64,000 nucleotides of DNA from an uncultured Nitrososphaeraceae archaeon (lineage in GTDB: Archaea; Thermoproteota; Nitrososphaeria; Nitrososphaerales; Nitrososphaeraceae). Positions 21,208 to 32,249 of the stretch are shown one piece after another (the first letter of the stretch is position 1; each line of letters opens with the position of its first letter). The notes beneath the pieces are model-generated. The model searched no databases. It had not been told where the DNA came from and saw only the letters and a program-made list of their open reading frames with translations. The stretch is from the NCBI GenBank assembly GCA_963765895.1, contig CAVXZB010000084.1, forward strand, positions 384,001 to 448,000, given 5' to 3'. Both the position numbers and the translations under genes were made by a program.

Positions 21208-23403
21208 ATGGCAAAAGATCCTGTCTGTGGCATGTTTGTCGAAGAAAAGCACGATACAATTGCAAGTATAAAGGACGGGAGGAAATATTACTTTTGTAGT
21301 TCTCAATGTCTGAATGAATTTACTCAGCCAGAAAAGGAATTAAAAAAGCTCAAAAATTATGTTACTATAAGCATTGGACTTACAATACCCATCGTAATTC
21401 TAAGCTTGCCTCATATGTTCCCTTCCCATTTTGAGACCTTGATCCCCATGAATGTAATGCAGTATACAAATTTTATCATGTTAGCATTAGCTACTCCTTT
21501 GCAGTTCTGGATAGGCTGGCGATTTTACAGGGGTTTATGGGAGGGGATCAGGGCAAGAGCATCCAATATGGATACACTTATTGCTGTCGGGACAACGACT
21601 GCCTATGTTTATAGTGCCATCGTAACAATCGTTCCTAGTTATCTTCCTTTCAAATCTGTATACTTTGAAACTGCCGCAATTATCATTACTTTAATATTGA
21701 TTGGAAGGTTGCTTGAAACACGAACCAAGGAAAGAGCCTCCAATGCTGTACGAAAATTGTTGGACATTCAGCCAAAAATGGCCAAGATTCTTAGGAACGG
21801 AACTGAGATTGACTTGCCTATCGAACAAGTCAAGGAAAATGATCTCATGCTAATAAAGCCTGGAGAAAGAATCCCTGCAGATGGGGTTGTGGAAGACGGT
21901 TTCTCATCCATAGATGAATCAGCTATAACTGGCGAAAGCATCCCAATAGATAAGCAAAAAGGTGATCAAGTTATAGGAGCAACAATTAACAAGAATGGTC
22001 TACTCAAAGTCAGAGCCACAAAAGTTGGGCAAGATACTGTACTTTCTCAGATTATTGCATTAGTAGAAGAAGCTAGAACTGGAAAGGCACACATGCAAAG
22101 GTTAGTAGATCAAGTTGCTAAATATTTTGTCCCGGGAGTAATGATTATAGCATTGTGTGTAGGTTTTGGATGGTATTACTTAGGTGGGATAGGCCTAACA
22201 TATTCCATCTTGGCGTTTGTTTCTGTAATAATAATTGCATGTCCTTGCGCATTAGGAATTGCAACGCCTGCGGCCCTAATGATGGGTTCTGGAAAAGGAG
22301 CTGAAAATGGTATTTTGTTTAAGGGTGGAGAGTATTTGGAAATGGCAAGAAAGGTAAAGACAGTTGTATTTGATAAGACTGGAACTTTGACAAAAGGTAA
22401 GCCGTCTGTAACTGATATAGTAGATTTAACGAATGGTGCATTAGGTGAAGCAGAGTTACTCAGACTAGCGGCCATTGTAGAATCAGGCTCAGAGCATCCT
22501 CTAAGTCAGGCAGTCATAATTAAAGCAAAGGATGAAGGATTAGCTATTTTATCAAGTCCAGATTTCTTTGAAGCAGTATCTGGTCGTGGACTTAGAGCAA
22601 GATATGCCGATCACACAATTCTCATTGGGAATAGGAAATTAATGGAGGAAAACAAATTATCAATTACCTCGGCCATAGAAACAAAACTGAAAGAGTTTGA
22701 AAGCGAAGGGAAAACAGCTACGATTATTGCGATCGACTATAACCTTTCGGGGATAATTGTGTTTGCAGATACGATAAAAGATGAAGCTGGCGAGGCAATT
22801 GACTCTCTTAAACTGATGGGAATGGACGTAGTAATGCTTACTGGAGACAACGAAAGAACTGCGAAAGCAGTCGCATACCAACTTGGTATCAGTAAGGTGT
22901 TTTCTCAAGTATTACCACAACAAAAAGAACAAGTAATTTCTAATCTGAAGAAAAATGGGAATGTGGTTGCAATGGTAGGAGATGGGATAAACGATGCACC
23001 TGCATTAGCTCAAGCTGACTTAGGAATTGCAATAGGTTCAGGAACAGATGTTGCGAAAGAGACTGGAGGGATCATATTGATAAAAGGTGATCTGAGGGAT
23101 GTTGTAACGGCTCTAGATCTAGGAAGAAAAACAGTGTCAAAGATAAAACAGAATTTATTCTGGGCATTTGCGTATAACGCCGGGCTCATCCCAATCGCTG
23201 GCGGAATCTTGGTGCCCTTTGCTGGTGTTGGAATATTCGGATGGCTTCCCATGTTAGCGGGCTTGGCGATGGCAATGAGCTCAGTAACAGTCGTTGGAAA
23301 CTCAATACTACTAGGAAGATATAAGCCAGGATCTAAAAAAGAACGCAGGGAAGAAGATTATAGAAAAAACCTGAAAACCATACCGAACATTGCCAGCAAG
23401 TAG
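21208..23403 (+). CDS. copA: Cu(I)-translocating P1B-type ATPase with N-terminal YHS/TRASH domain
   Basis: DPVCGM..YYFCS..C, TGES, CPC, DKTGTLT, SEHP, GDGINDAP, YN and M..SS transmembrane ligands. Confidence 0.96.
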   Translation: MAKDPVCGMFVEEKHDTIASIKDGRKYYFCSSQCLNEFTQPEKELKKLKNYVTISIGLTIPIVILSLPHMFPSHFETLIPMNVMQYTNFIMLALATPLQFWIGWRFYRGLWEGIRARASNMDTLIAVGTTTAYVYSAIVTIVPSYLPFKSVYFETAAIIITLILIGRLLETRTKERASNAVRKLLDIQPKMAKILRNGTEIDLPIEQVKENDLMLIKPGERIPADGVVEDGFSSIDESAITGESIPIDKQKGDQVIGATINKNGLLKVRATKVGQDTVLSQIIALVEEARTGKAHMQRLVDQVAKYFVPGVMIIALCVGFGWYYLGGIGLTYSILAFVSVIIIACPCALGIATPAALMMGSGKGAENGILFKGGEYLEMARKVKTVVFDKTGTLTKGKPSVTDIVDLTNGALGEAELLRLAAIVESGSEHPLSQAVIIKAKDEGLAILSSPDFFEAVSGRGLRARYADHTILIGNRKLMEENKLSITSAIETKLKEFESEGKTATIIAIDYNLSGIIVFADTIKDEAGEAIDSLKLMGMDVVMLTGDNERTAKAVAYQLGISKVFSQVLPQQKEQVISNLKKNGNVVAMVGDGINDAPALAQADLGIAIGSGTDVAKETGGIILIKGDLRDVVTALDLGRKTVSKIKQNLFWAFAYNAGLIPIAGGILVPFAGVGIFGWLPMLAGLAMAMSSVTVVGNSILLGRYKPGSKKERREEDYRKNLKTIPNIASK

Positions 23404-23622
23404 ATGAGGATTATTGTCGCATACTTAATTATGATGCTATAACATCCAATTCAGCTATTGAACACAAATATAAATAAATTCTGAGTTGAATGCCTCATAA
23501 TAAAGTCTGTCTGTTGAAGGTAACACATAACCAAGAAGCCGAATAGTAAAGTATACGACACATTTTTCCCATATTCACTTTCAAAGTGTAGGAGAGAACT
23601 ACAAGATTGACAAATAAACGGA

Positions 23623-24339
23623 TCACCATGGTTCTGGCCGGCTATCAAAGAAAAATCCTCCAGTTGGACCACCTTCTGGCAATGTAGCGGCCCATACTAT
23701 TCCCTTCGCTCCTTCCTCTACGGGCCTACCGCCAGACCCTCCCATATCAGTTGCGACCCATCCTGGATCGATAGAATTGATCAATATCCCCGCACCGTGA
23801 ACTTCCGCTGCCAATTTTCTGGTAAGTGCATTCAAAGCAGCCTTTGATATGCTATAAGCGGGAGCACCACCTTCATTCATATAATGTAGAGACCCAGCTA
23901 GGCTAGAAACGTTAACAATGCGTCCATACTTATTCTTCCTCATCATTGGTATGAATGCTTTACACAATCTCCATGGTGCAAAAAAATTAGTAGCAAAAGC
24001 TTGATTTACAACATTAAGATCTGCTGCTACTGCGGTTTGATAATAATCATAAAGTATAGCAGCATTATTTATTAGAACATCAAGATGTCCATGTTCCTGT
24101 TCTATGTTATAGGCCACTCGATCAAGATCGTTTTGATTTAGTACATCTAAATGACAAAAGGTTATATCCTCAAGTCCATCATTTGTTAATTGTTTAGCCG
24201 CTCGTTGACCTTTGTCAATGTTACGGGCGCTTAATAAAACAGCAAGACCTAACTTGGATAGCTGGCGGCATGTCTCCAAGCCAAGTCCTCGATTTGCTCC
24301 AGTCACAAGCGCTATTCGCTTATTTTCGTCAAGACTCAA
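23623..24339 (-). CDS. Short-chain dehydrogenase/reductase (carbonyl reductase-like)
   Basis: TGANRGLG, NNAA, YSISK, PGWVATDMG. Confidence 0.93.
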   Translation of the reverse strand: MSLDENKRIALVTGANRGLGLETCRQLSKLGLAVLLSARNIDKGQRAAKQLTNDGLEDITFCHLDVLNQNDLDRVAYNIEQEHGHLDVLINNAAILYDYYQTAVAADLNVVNQAFATNFFAPWRLCKAFIPMMRKNKYGRIVNVSSLAGSLHYMNEGGAPAYSISKAALNALTRKLAAEVHGAGILINSIDPGWVATDMGGSGGRPVEEGAKGIVWAATLPEGGPTGGFFFDSRPEPW

Positions 24340-24444
24340 TATTGTTATACTTATTTACTACTATGTGCAATTAATTACTTATCTATATAGCATTTTTCGT
24401 TAAATAATAAGATATGGATATTCGAAGTGTACTAGGAACATTCC

Positions 24445-24484
24445 AATTAATTAATTAATTAATTAATTAATCAATTAATCAATT
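24445..24484. repeat. (AATT)n palindromic microsatellite in a divergent intergenic region
   Basis: aattaattaattaattaattaattaatcaattaatcaatt. Confidence 0.8.
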
Positions 24485-24519
24485 TAGACCTATTAGATAT
24501 CGCCTACTTTTTAAGACAT

Positions 24520-25194
24520 GTGGTGATGATCAAAGTAGATCTAGTAATGAAGGTCATTTCTGTCAATGTTGGACTTCCTCGTGAAGTCATCTTCAAAGGA
24601 GAAGTCGTTACGACTGGAATATTTAAAGAGCCAGTAAAAGGGCGTATTAAGTTGAGAAATCTAAATCTCGACGGTGATAGGCAGGCGGACCTGACAGTAC
24701 ATGGAGGAATTGATAAGGCAGTATATGCATATCCAGCAGAACATTATAAATACTGGAAACATGAGCTACCCGAGACGGCTTTCTCTTGGGGGATGTTTGG
24801 TGAAAATTTCACAACAGAAGGATTAGTTGAGGACTCTGTAAATATCGGGGATTTATTTCAGATTGGCACCGCTAGGCTAATAGCAACCCAGCCACGAATG
24901 CCGTGTTATAAACTTGGAGTCAAGTTCAAACGAACAGATATTATTAGAAAATTTTTGAATAGTCGTCGTCCAGGAATTTACTTTAAGGTACTAAGAGAGG
25001 GCGATGTCGAGGCAGGTGATGAAATTAAACTTATTAGTAGAGACAAAAATAATGTTACTATAAATGACATTGTTAGGCTGTATGTAGAAGATAAAACAGA
25101 TATTGAAGCTATGCAGAGGGCAATTACTGTTGAATCACTGCCGCTTGGATGGAGGCATCATTTCTACGAACAAATAAGACAGATGAAAAAATAG
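24520..25194 (+). CDS. MOSC-domain protein (YiiM-like) with 3-alpha domain
   Basis: GDRQADLTVHGGIDKAVY, FGENFT, TQPRMPCYKL, GIYFKVL; the start may be the later MKVISVNVG. Confidence 0.92.
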   Translation: MVMIKVDLVMKVISVNVGLPREVIFKGEVVTTGIFKEPVKGRIKLRNLNLDGDRQADLTVHGGIDKAVYAYPAEHYKYWKHELPETAFSWGMFGENFTTEGLVEDSVNIGDLFQIGTARLIATQPRMPCYKLGVKFKRTDIIRKFLNSRRPGIYFKVLREGDVEAGDEIKLISRDKNNVTINDIVRLYVEDKTDIEAMQRAITVESLPLGWRHHFYEQIRQMKK

Positions 25195-26407
25195 ACAGAT
25201 GAATTGATATGACGATAATCGCAATGTCATTAATTAATCATTAGCAACTGCTTATCTGAAGATATATCATCAAATAAAGGCCAAGAAGTAATTACACAAG
25301 AAATCAGTGGAAAGGACAAAGACAACTGATATTCTAGAATACGCATTAAATACAGGATTATGCGAAGGGGATGTGAGTAGATTTGACCAATCATATAACG
25401 GTAGCAGGGAATTTATCTACTATACTCATTAACATAAATTCGTCAAAAACAATCAACCTATTTACTATCTGTTTAAACATTTTTGTAGTTACTTGTAATT
25501 ATGTTATGCAATATAAATAAGATTAAAAATCAAATATTTTGTCTTACCTTTTCCACGAGATTGGTACTCATACTTAATCTAATGCTAATCTGTATGATAA
25601 TTATATTATATGACTTGATGCTCAATGAGCATTGAATCGCCCCGAGGTTACTTGTTAATGAGAATAACTCTTACTTACAGTTACCCATATCTAATACATA
25701 AGTTCATGTTAGGATGAGCAGGATTCGTATGATTTTGTCTACACTCTAAACAATAATTTCAGCTGTCCTGAAATATTTCTGCCTGTCTTCTGTTGCATAC
25801 AGTGCAATAGTAATTATTATTACCAACCATCATAGGCAGACAATCAGACAAAGATCTCGCAGTCGTTAGTATGTACATCTCATCTTTTATATAATGTGAT
25901 ATTTTCACCAGTATCATAATCATTTACGTTAGGAGATAGTATAATGGTCCTAAGTTTCCTTTTCATTTTTTTGTTGTATTCTATTGATCTATTTTCTTGC
26001 ATCTTAATTCTATTCATAAATTCATAAACTGATAAATAACCTTAACCAATATGAAATATCCCAACAACATGATCACACTATAGAATATATATTACCAGAC
26101 TCAATTCCTAATCGCGATCTTGACATAATATCGATGATAAAATCACGCAGACCTGACCCATTTATTGCTCATATATTCTACCTGTCAAACATATTTGATA
26201 TATTATCTATAAGACAATACTTTTTTTCTCAAATTGAATTAGAGAGGCGATATCTAACTATCAAAATTCTTGTAGTATACCTTATCAAGAAAGGAATGAA
26301 ATATTTTGCCTATTTTAAATCAGGAGACCATAGAAGATACTAGCATTATAAAAGCTGATACATCTTAGTCAGAAAAAAGAAAAATTGTAGCATATTTTGC
26401 ATTTTGA

Positions 26408-27058
26408 CTACTTTACCACGACAGCTCCTATCATCCACGGATGCAGTGAACACGTATAGCTATAAATCCCGGCTTTCAGAAATGTGGCCGAGAATGTCGT
26501 GGATGCGCCAGGAAACACTTTTTCAGGACCTTTTGGAACTAGCCAACCAGAATTAATGTATTGCTCATTTCCAAATATAAGCAAACTACCATTAGGACTA
26601 AATGTCTTTGTCTTACCGGTTGAGTCTATTGAAGATGGGTCGTATGACATTGCATTACTAACAATCGCTATACTAGTTCCATTTTTACCAGGGAGTATAT
26701 TTGGTTTACTATTGGCATCGCGCGGCAAAGGCACAAACTTGGTGGAACTTGGAATAGCAAATGGTGCAGTAGGTATCGCGAAGGTCTTGTTACTAAATAC
26801 AAATGAGACCGTATGCGGTTCCAGTGGTGCCATTGACGGGACACTCCAAACTACTGTGCTTCCAGCTTTGATCTCCACTCGTTGTGGATCGTATCCATAG
26901 AAAGGATAAGTATCATTTCCTCCACCAACAAGTACCCGAGTTACAAATGTCCGCTGTGCTTCAGCTTTATAATTTAATAGGAATGAACTAGACATTATAG
27001 CTACTGCCAATGTTGATACTATTACAGCGATAATTGCCGTTATCATTCTAGCTTTCAT
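26408..27058 (-). CDS. Secreted cupredoxin (type-1 copper) protein
   Basis: Signal peptide; EPHTVSF and YTCSLHPWMIGAVVV supply His/Cys/His/Met ligands. Confidence 0.88.
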   Translation of the reverse strand: MKARMITAIIAVIVSTLAVAIMSSSFLLNYKAEAQRTFVTRVLVGGGNDTYPFYGYDPQRVEIKAGSTVVWSVPSMAPLEPHTVSFVFSNKTFAIPTAPFAIPSSTKFVPLPRDANSKPNILPGKNGTSIAIVSNAMSYDPSSIDSTGKTKTFSPNGSLLIFGNEQYINSGWLVPKGPEKVFPGASTTFSATFLKAGIYSYTCSLHPWMIGAVVVK

Positions 27059-27235
27059 TCAGGGAAAGACAAACAATGCATAAATATAAGCTTAGTCATT
27101 TTCAATACTCATCATGTCCATTAGATCTTATTGATTATATAAGTACAATCAAACAGTCAAATTTACTAAAGATTAAGTGAAGGCTAAGCTAAAAAAATTA
27201 ATAGACCTGCTTTCAAGACTACATAGCATTATCAT

Positions 27236-27638
27236 TCAAATACTCTTGTCCAGACGAAGGTAGGAACCTGGCATGATGTTATTATCATCTCATCTCCTAC
27301 TCCTAGCTGCGTCTATCGTCTTTCGCTGTTCTAGCGCAAGTTCTTCTGCAGTCATCGCGTTAGCTATGATTATAGTACTCTTGTTTTCATCCTCTTTAAT
27401 AGTAGTATTAGTAGTTTTTTGTAGTAGCAGTGCTACCACTTGTAAAAATGGCTGCATAGGATGAACTCTTTAATATTTCAATTATTGAATCATCGGTTGC
27501 CGGTAGATTAAGTTCTAGATCCTCTAATGCTTTAATCGAACCGTTATCATCAATGTCAAGCTTTGTAACACTGACCTTATCTCTGTTTATAATTCGGTTG
27601 ACTTTGACTAGCATCCCTTGTCTCATATTATTATTCAT
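27236..27638 (-). CDS. Hypothetical protein; probable homopolymer indel at ~27418
   Basis: The 76-aa ORF continues in an adjacent frame (TTNTTIKEDENKSTIIIANAMTAEELALEQRK..) to a stop at 27236. Confidence 0.5.
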
Positions 27639-27768
27639 AGATCAATACTTACGCTTTTGCCCCATCAAAAATATGGAAGATTGTGAAACTAAACTAAATT
27701 GAACATCCACGTCTATGGATTAAATATTGTGGCATCAGATTTTGTTTTTATTAAATATTACATGTCTG

Positions 27769-29523
27769 TCAACCTGCAAAATGCCCAATTTGTAGTGCTG
27801 TGAAGTTATCGTTTAGTAGGAGTGTATTTCTTGAATAGTCGACATCTATTGATATAATAACAGGAATATACGTCGATTCCTTTGCTTTACATAGTACCTT
27901 TGAGAATTGTTTTGTTGATTGAACATTAAAACCGATTGCTCCAAAACTTTCGGCAAGCTTAGCAAGGTCAGGGTTATTAAACTTAGTAAATGCACTTCTA
28001 CCAAATTCTTCCTTTTGTTTCAAGGATATCAATCCATAATCAGAATCGCACCAGACTATAACAATAATTGGTAACTTGAGTCTTACTGCAGTTTCTAGTT
28101 CTTGAACATTCATCAAGAATCCCCCATCTCCACACATCGCTACAACCTTTCTGTCCTGTTTAGCAAGCTGAGCAGCAATGGCGGCAGGCAATGCAAAACC
28201 CATAGAGCAAAAACCATTGGGAATAATACAGGTATTTGGTAAATACGTTTCATAAAGTTTTGAAATCCAAAGTTTGTGTACTCCGACATCAGAGATAACT
28301 ATATCTTTCTTGTCAAGTGCAGATCTTACGTCAAATACAAGCTTTTCAGGCTGAATCGGATATGAAAAATTATGCTTAAATTTTTCAGTATTTCGCCAAA
28401 CGACTTCCTTTTTGATTCTTTGGAAGAGTTCTGGCATATCTCTAATGTTATCTGTGCCTTTGTCAAATTTGGTTACTTGCACAGCATTTCGGCGGTTATT
28501 ACTTTTTCGATTATAAGGAGCTATTGTCTTTATTTTTATTTTATCGATTTCCTCCATAATCGCCTTAATGGTATATTCAATATCTGCAGCAAACTCGATT
28601 GTCGGAAGATAGTACGTATCAACCTCCGCAGGCGTAAAATCTATATGGATAATATTTTTGCTCAAATCACCATTCCAATTTTTGGGACTATATTCAACAA
28701 GATCGTACCCAGCTGCAATTATTAGGTCAGAATTTTTCATTGCAAGTAAGGCATGATCAGCCTCTTTGATCCCTATTGTCTGTAAATGTCTCTCCGTCCG
28801 ATCAGAAATAACACCCTTAGCCATGAAGGTATTCATAGAACAAATCCCAGTTTTTTCGACAAACGCCCTCATACACTCTGAAGCATTTCCTCGTACACAG
28901 CCATTGCCTACCAGCAATAAAGGCATCCTTGCATCCAGGATCATCTTGGCTGCTCTTTCTATCAAGGCCCTACTAGGCCTTGATCTGGACAACTGGTGGC
29001 GAGTATCTATGGGTAAAATCTCAGAATTCATTTTTGCGATGTCCTGTGGTAGCTCAAGATGAACTGCTCCTGCCTTTTCTTCTAATGAGATCTTGCATGC
29101 TCTTCTAATAATTTGTGGAATGCTATCTGGATTTCGTATAGACCATCTCCATTTTGTTATCGGTAGAAACATTGCTACAGCATCCATATTTTGATGAGAC
29201 TCTTTATGCAAAAAATCTGTACTGGTTTGACCAGTTATAGCCAGAATGGGAGATCTATCCATATTAGCGTTTGCTACACCTGTCGTAAGATTGGTCGCTC
29301 CGGGTCCTAAAGTAGAAAGGCATACTCCTACTTTACCAGTCAACCTGCCATACATATCAGCCATGAAAGCAGCAGCTTGTTCATGTCGTACTAGTACAAA
29401 TTTAATAGATGGTGAGCTCTCCAGTGAAATCATAAGATCTGCATTCTCTTCACCAGGTAATCCAAAAATGTATTCTATTTTTTCGGCTTCAAGGCACTTT
29501 ATAAAGAGATCAGACGCTTTCAT
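27769..29523 (-). CDS. Acetolactate synthase large subunit-like ThDP enzyme
   Basis: IFGLPGEEN, RHEQAAAFMA, TLGPGATN, SMGFALPAA, GDGGFLMN. Confidence 0.9.
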   Translation of the reverse strand: MKASDLFIKCLEAEKIEYIFGLPGEENADLMISLESSPSIKFVLVRHEQAAAFMADMYGRLTGKVGVCLSTLGPGATNLTTGVANANMDRSPILAITGQTSTDFLHKESHQNMDAVAMFLPITKWRWSIRNPDSIPQIIRRACKISLEEKAGAVHLELPQDIAKMNSEILPIDTRHQLSRSRPSRALIERAAKMILDARMPLLLVGNGCVRGNASECMRAFVEKTGICSMNTFMAKGVISDRTERHLQTIGIKEADHALLAMKNSDLIIAAGYDLVEYSPKNWNGDLSKNIIHIDFTPAEVDTYYLPTIEFAADIEYTIKAIMEEIDKIKIKTIAPYNRKSNNRRNAVQVTKFDKGTDNIRDMPELFQRIKKEVVWRNTEKFKHNFSYPIQPEKLVFDVRSALDKKDIVISDVGVHKLWISKLYETYLPNTCIIPNGFCSMGFALPAAIAAQLAKQDRKVVAMCGDGGFLMNVQELETAVRLKLPIIVIVWCDSDYGLISLKQKEEFGRSAFTKFNNPDLAKLAESFGAIGFNVQSTKQFSKVLCKAKESTYIPVIISIDVDYSRNTLLLNDNFTALQIGHFAG

Positions 29524-29729
29524 AGTTTATGCTTATGATAAAGATAGATGATCAGGTATGTATTTCTTATTCTCATTAGTGTTTTCTGTTCCTGAGCAAA
29601 TTTAACGACAAGTGCAGGGGCATTCGGAACTCTAGAGCAAAGTCTTAATAGTGAGATGATAAAAATTATGTTTTTAAACAAGCTTTCGAAATTGCGAAAT
29701 AGAATAAGCAATGAACTTTAAAATGGCCA

Positions 29730-30002
29730 ATGGTCCAACAAGTATTAGGCAAGATGGATACGATAGAATCAAACTACAGGCCAGAATCAGTAACATTTAC
29801 ACTTGATGAATCATTAGCGGTATTAATGAGTCTAGGCACAGCAATAAAGACTATTACTGATGCTAATCCGAATGGAAATATCGATTCTGATGGTCTGAAA
29901 TATATCGTAGATATGAAGAAGGCAACCGATAAAATTGTTGCAAGTATTGATAAAGAAGTATTAGAGGCCGTATTAAGAGAGAGGTTAGCATCTGGTGACT
30001 GA
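29730..30002 (+). CDS. Small hypothetical helical protein
   Basis: 90-aa ORF with protein-like composition and a T-rich tract after the stop. Confidence 0.6.
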   Translation: MVQQVLGKMDTIESNYRPESVTFTLDESLAVLMSLGTAIKTITDANPNGNIDSDGLKYIVDMKKATDKIVASIDKEVLEAVLRERLASGD

Positions 30003-30547
30003 CTTTACCATCTTTTTATTTTAATATTGGCAAATAAAGAACTTGATCTTCTAGTTGTAACGTTTATCACCTAAAACAAAATCTGAATAATGCCTCCAGT
30101 GTCTATAGTTAATTACATTCGTTACCTGGGTTCGTAATTATATCGCTATCACTCTATAACTCAGCTCTCAGATAGCTGTCGCCATCGCTATCCTATCTTT
30201 GATTTCAAAAAAACTATGGCGGTTCATTCCGAAAGAGGTTCCTTTCCTCACTACAAAATTTATAATGCAAGTCTCTTACTGAGCAGTATGTCAGATCGTG
30301 AACCAGTCAAGATCAGACGCTCCTTTTGGCATACTTATTAAAAGTTAAATCACGAACGGATGGAGGTACAAATGCATACTCAGAATACAACACGACATAT
30401 GGTAAGACTAGTTTTTGTATTCAGATTGTAGAATTATCTATGGTATTGTACTCTTGGAAAGCACCGCGTGGTCTATCAAAAATTGTTACTTGTAGAGCAT
30501 GTCTTTGGACAGAGATTATTGGAATGTATCAATAATCTCCTCTTATT

Positions 30548-31417
30548 TTATGAGAATATGTTAGGTGAGATTGACAGCACAATTATTGATATACGCTTAT
30601 TCTGATATACAAAGTCAGTTTTTGTTTTTGTAGTGTTTAAATCCACTGCATTTTCCATCCGTAATGACTTATAAAATGCGCCAGCTCCTGTGACTAGAGT
30701 ATGTGGATACTCTTCTAGCAACATTTCTTTTTGTTCGTCATGCTTCTTAGCTTCATAGTTAAACGTGAATTCTACAATCATAGGCTTCTCTTGCTCTGCT
30801 GACGAATACCATAGATTGAGTTCTGTCTTGACGGTCTTATCCCCTGCAAACGTGATCTTTCCAATCTCTGACGCAATTTCTATAGCTTCAAAATTATTTA
30901 CTCTGGTGAGTGTCTTATTAGCATCGATTCCCAGATCAAGTCCAGGAAAGACAGATACTAGGTCTTTTATTGTATAAAGGTCTGGCTCTTGGTCTCTCTT
31001 AAGAGATGCAGAAAGTGAAAATTTACTGATGAATGGATTAGTTTTATCAGTAACTATATCCTCCTCGAATTTAATTTCGATATCTTTTGCAGAACTCGTA
31101 AGATCGTACGAAGCAGAGACATATCTGTCCGGATGTCTACATTTCAAGGTTAAGTCATACTCATCTGAGTTTTTCTTTTTTCTTATTCTGAGCAGAAAAT
31201 TATTATTGTGATAGAGTTCATATGCGTTAGTATCTAAATACCATGTTCTCCTTTCTTTTTCTTCAACATCTGCCTTGAAATTTCCACCCTGTCCTTTGAC
31301 TAATCTTTCAATAATGGTCGATATTTCATGTGTTCCTTTCTTTCTATCCATGAAACGATTAGTATCCAGCATAATCTTGCATTCACGAGATGTTAGAGGA
31401 CGATTTGAGTGAGCCAT
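30548..31417 (-). CDS. CYTH-like (triphosphate tunnel metalloenzyme) protein
   Basis: SRECK, WYLDT..LLRIRKK..LTLKCR, KFEEDI, IVEFTF; likely start MAHSNRP at 31417. Confidence 0.65.
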   Translation of the reverse strand: MAHSNRPLTSRECKIMLDTNRFMDRKKGTHEISTIIERLVKGQGGNFKADVEEKERRTWYLDTNAYELYHNNNFLLRIRKKKNSDEYDLTLKCRHPDRYVSASYDLTSSAKDIEIKFEEDIVTDKTNPFISKFSLSASLKRDQEPDLYTIKDLVSVFPGLDLGIDANKTLTRVNNFEAIEIASEIGKITFAGDKTVKTELNLWYSSAEQEKPMIVEFTFNYEAKKHDEQKEMLLEEYPHTLVTGAGAFYKSLRMENAVDLNTTKTKTDFVYQNKRISIIVLSISPNIFS

Positions 31418-32249
31418 ATCATAACTTAAACTTGTATAAGGAATATATGATGCAATATAAACTGTATATCTCACCGACCTCCAATATTGGCTATAGTTCA
31501 TGCAAGACCTACAGATTTCGTTGAAGAATAGACGGATTATCTAGATACTACAATTTGAACTGGATGTAGCCACGAAAGCTATTACGGGATCGAAGATATG
31601 AATGCCATTTGCCAGAAGGTTTAACTTTCGTAAGTAACGTGGCTTCAAGATTGTGAAAACTGCCTGTGGGTATCGAAAAGAGATGCCAGGCGAACATCTG
31701 TTATCTATCGTAGTATCAATGAACTGATAAAATAAATGTTGCGTATAATCTGTTATTATGCTTTAAGAATCTAGTCAATATTTATATATTATACTGCTAG
31801 AATAGGAAAAATAAAATATTACTAGTTGATACTTGGGTTAACAAGTTAAATGTTGGGTTAACCACGCTAGGATATTGAATAAGATTTACTGATAATTTTA
31901 AGAAACCTATTTAGAACTTTCTTTCTGAAATAGTATAAGGATAGAATATTAACGAGTCGTTTAATGAGTCAAACTATAATATTTTAAATTTGCATTGCTA
32001 CTCCAATACTATGTTTCTGTATGGTCTAGAGGACTGATATATACATTATTTGTTATTAATGACAAGTATGGAGAAGATTACTTTATAAGAAGCCCGAGAA
32101 ATGGCTACTTCAAAATTAAATATGTTAATAATGTAATTTGAAAATCCCTGGAATTCGAGGCAAAACTGAAGATAGGTTAATAATTACAAATTACATAATA
32201 CTTTATCAACTATGCTTTTATCACTGATTAAGTATACATCTTTTCCTTG

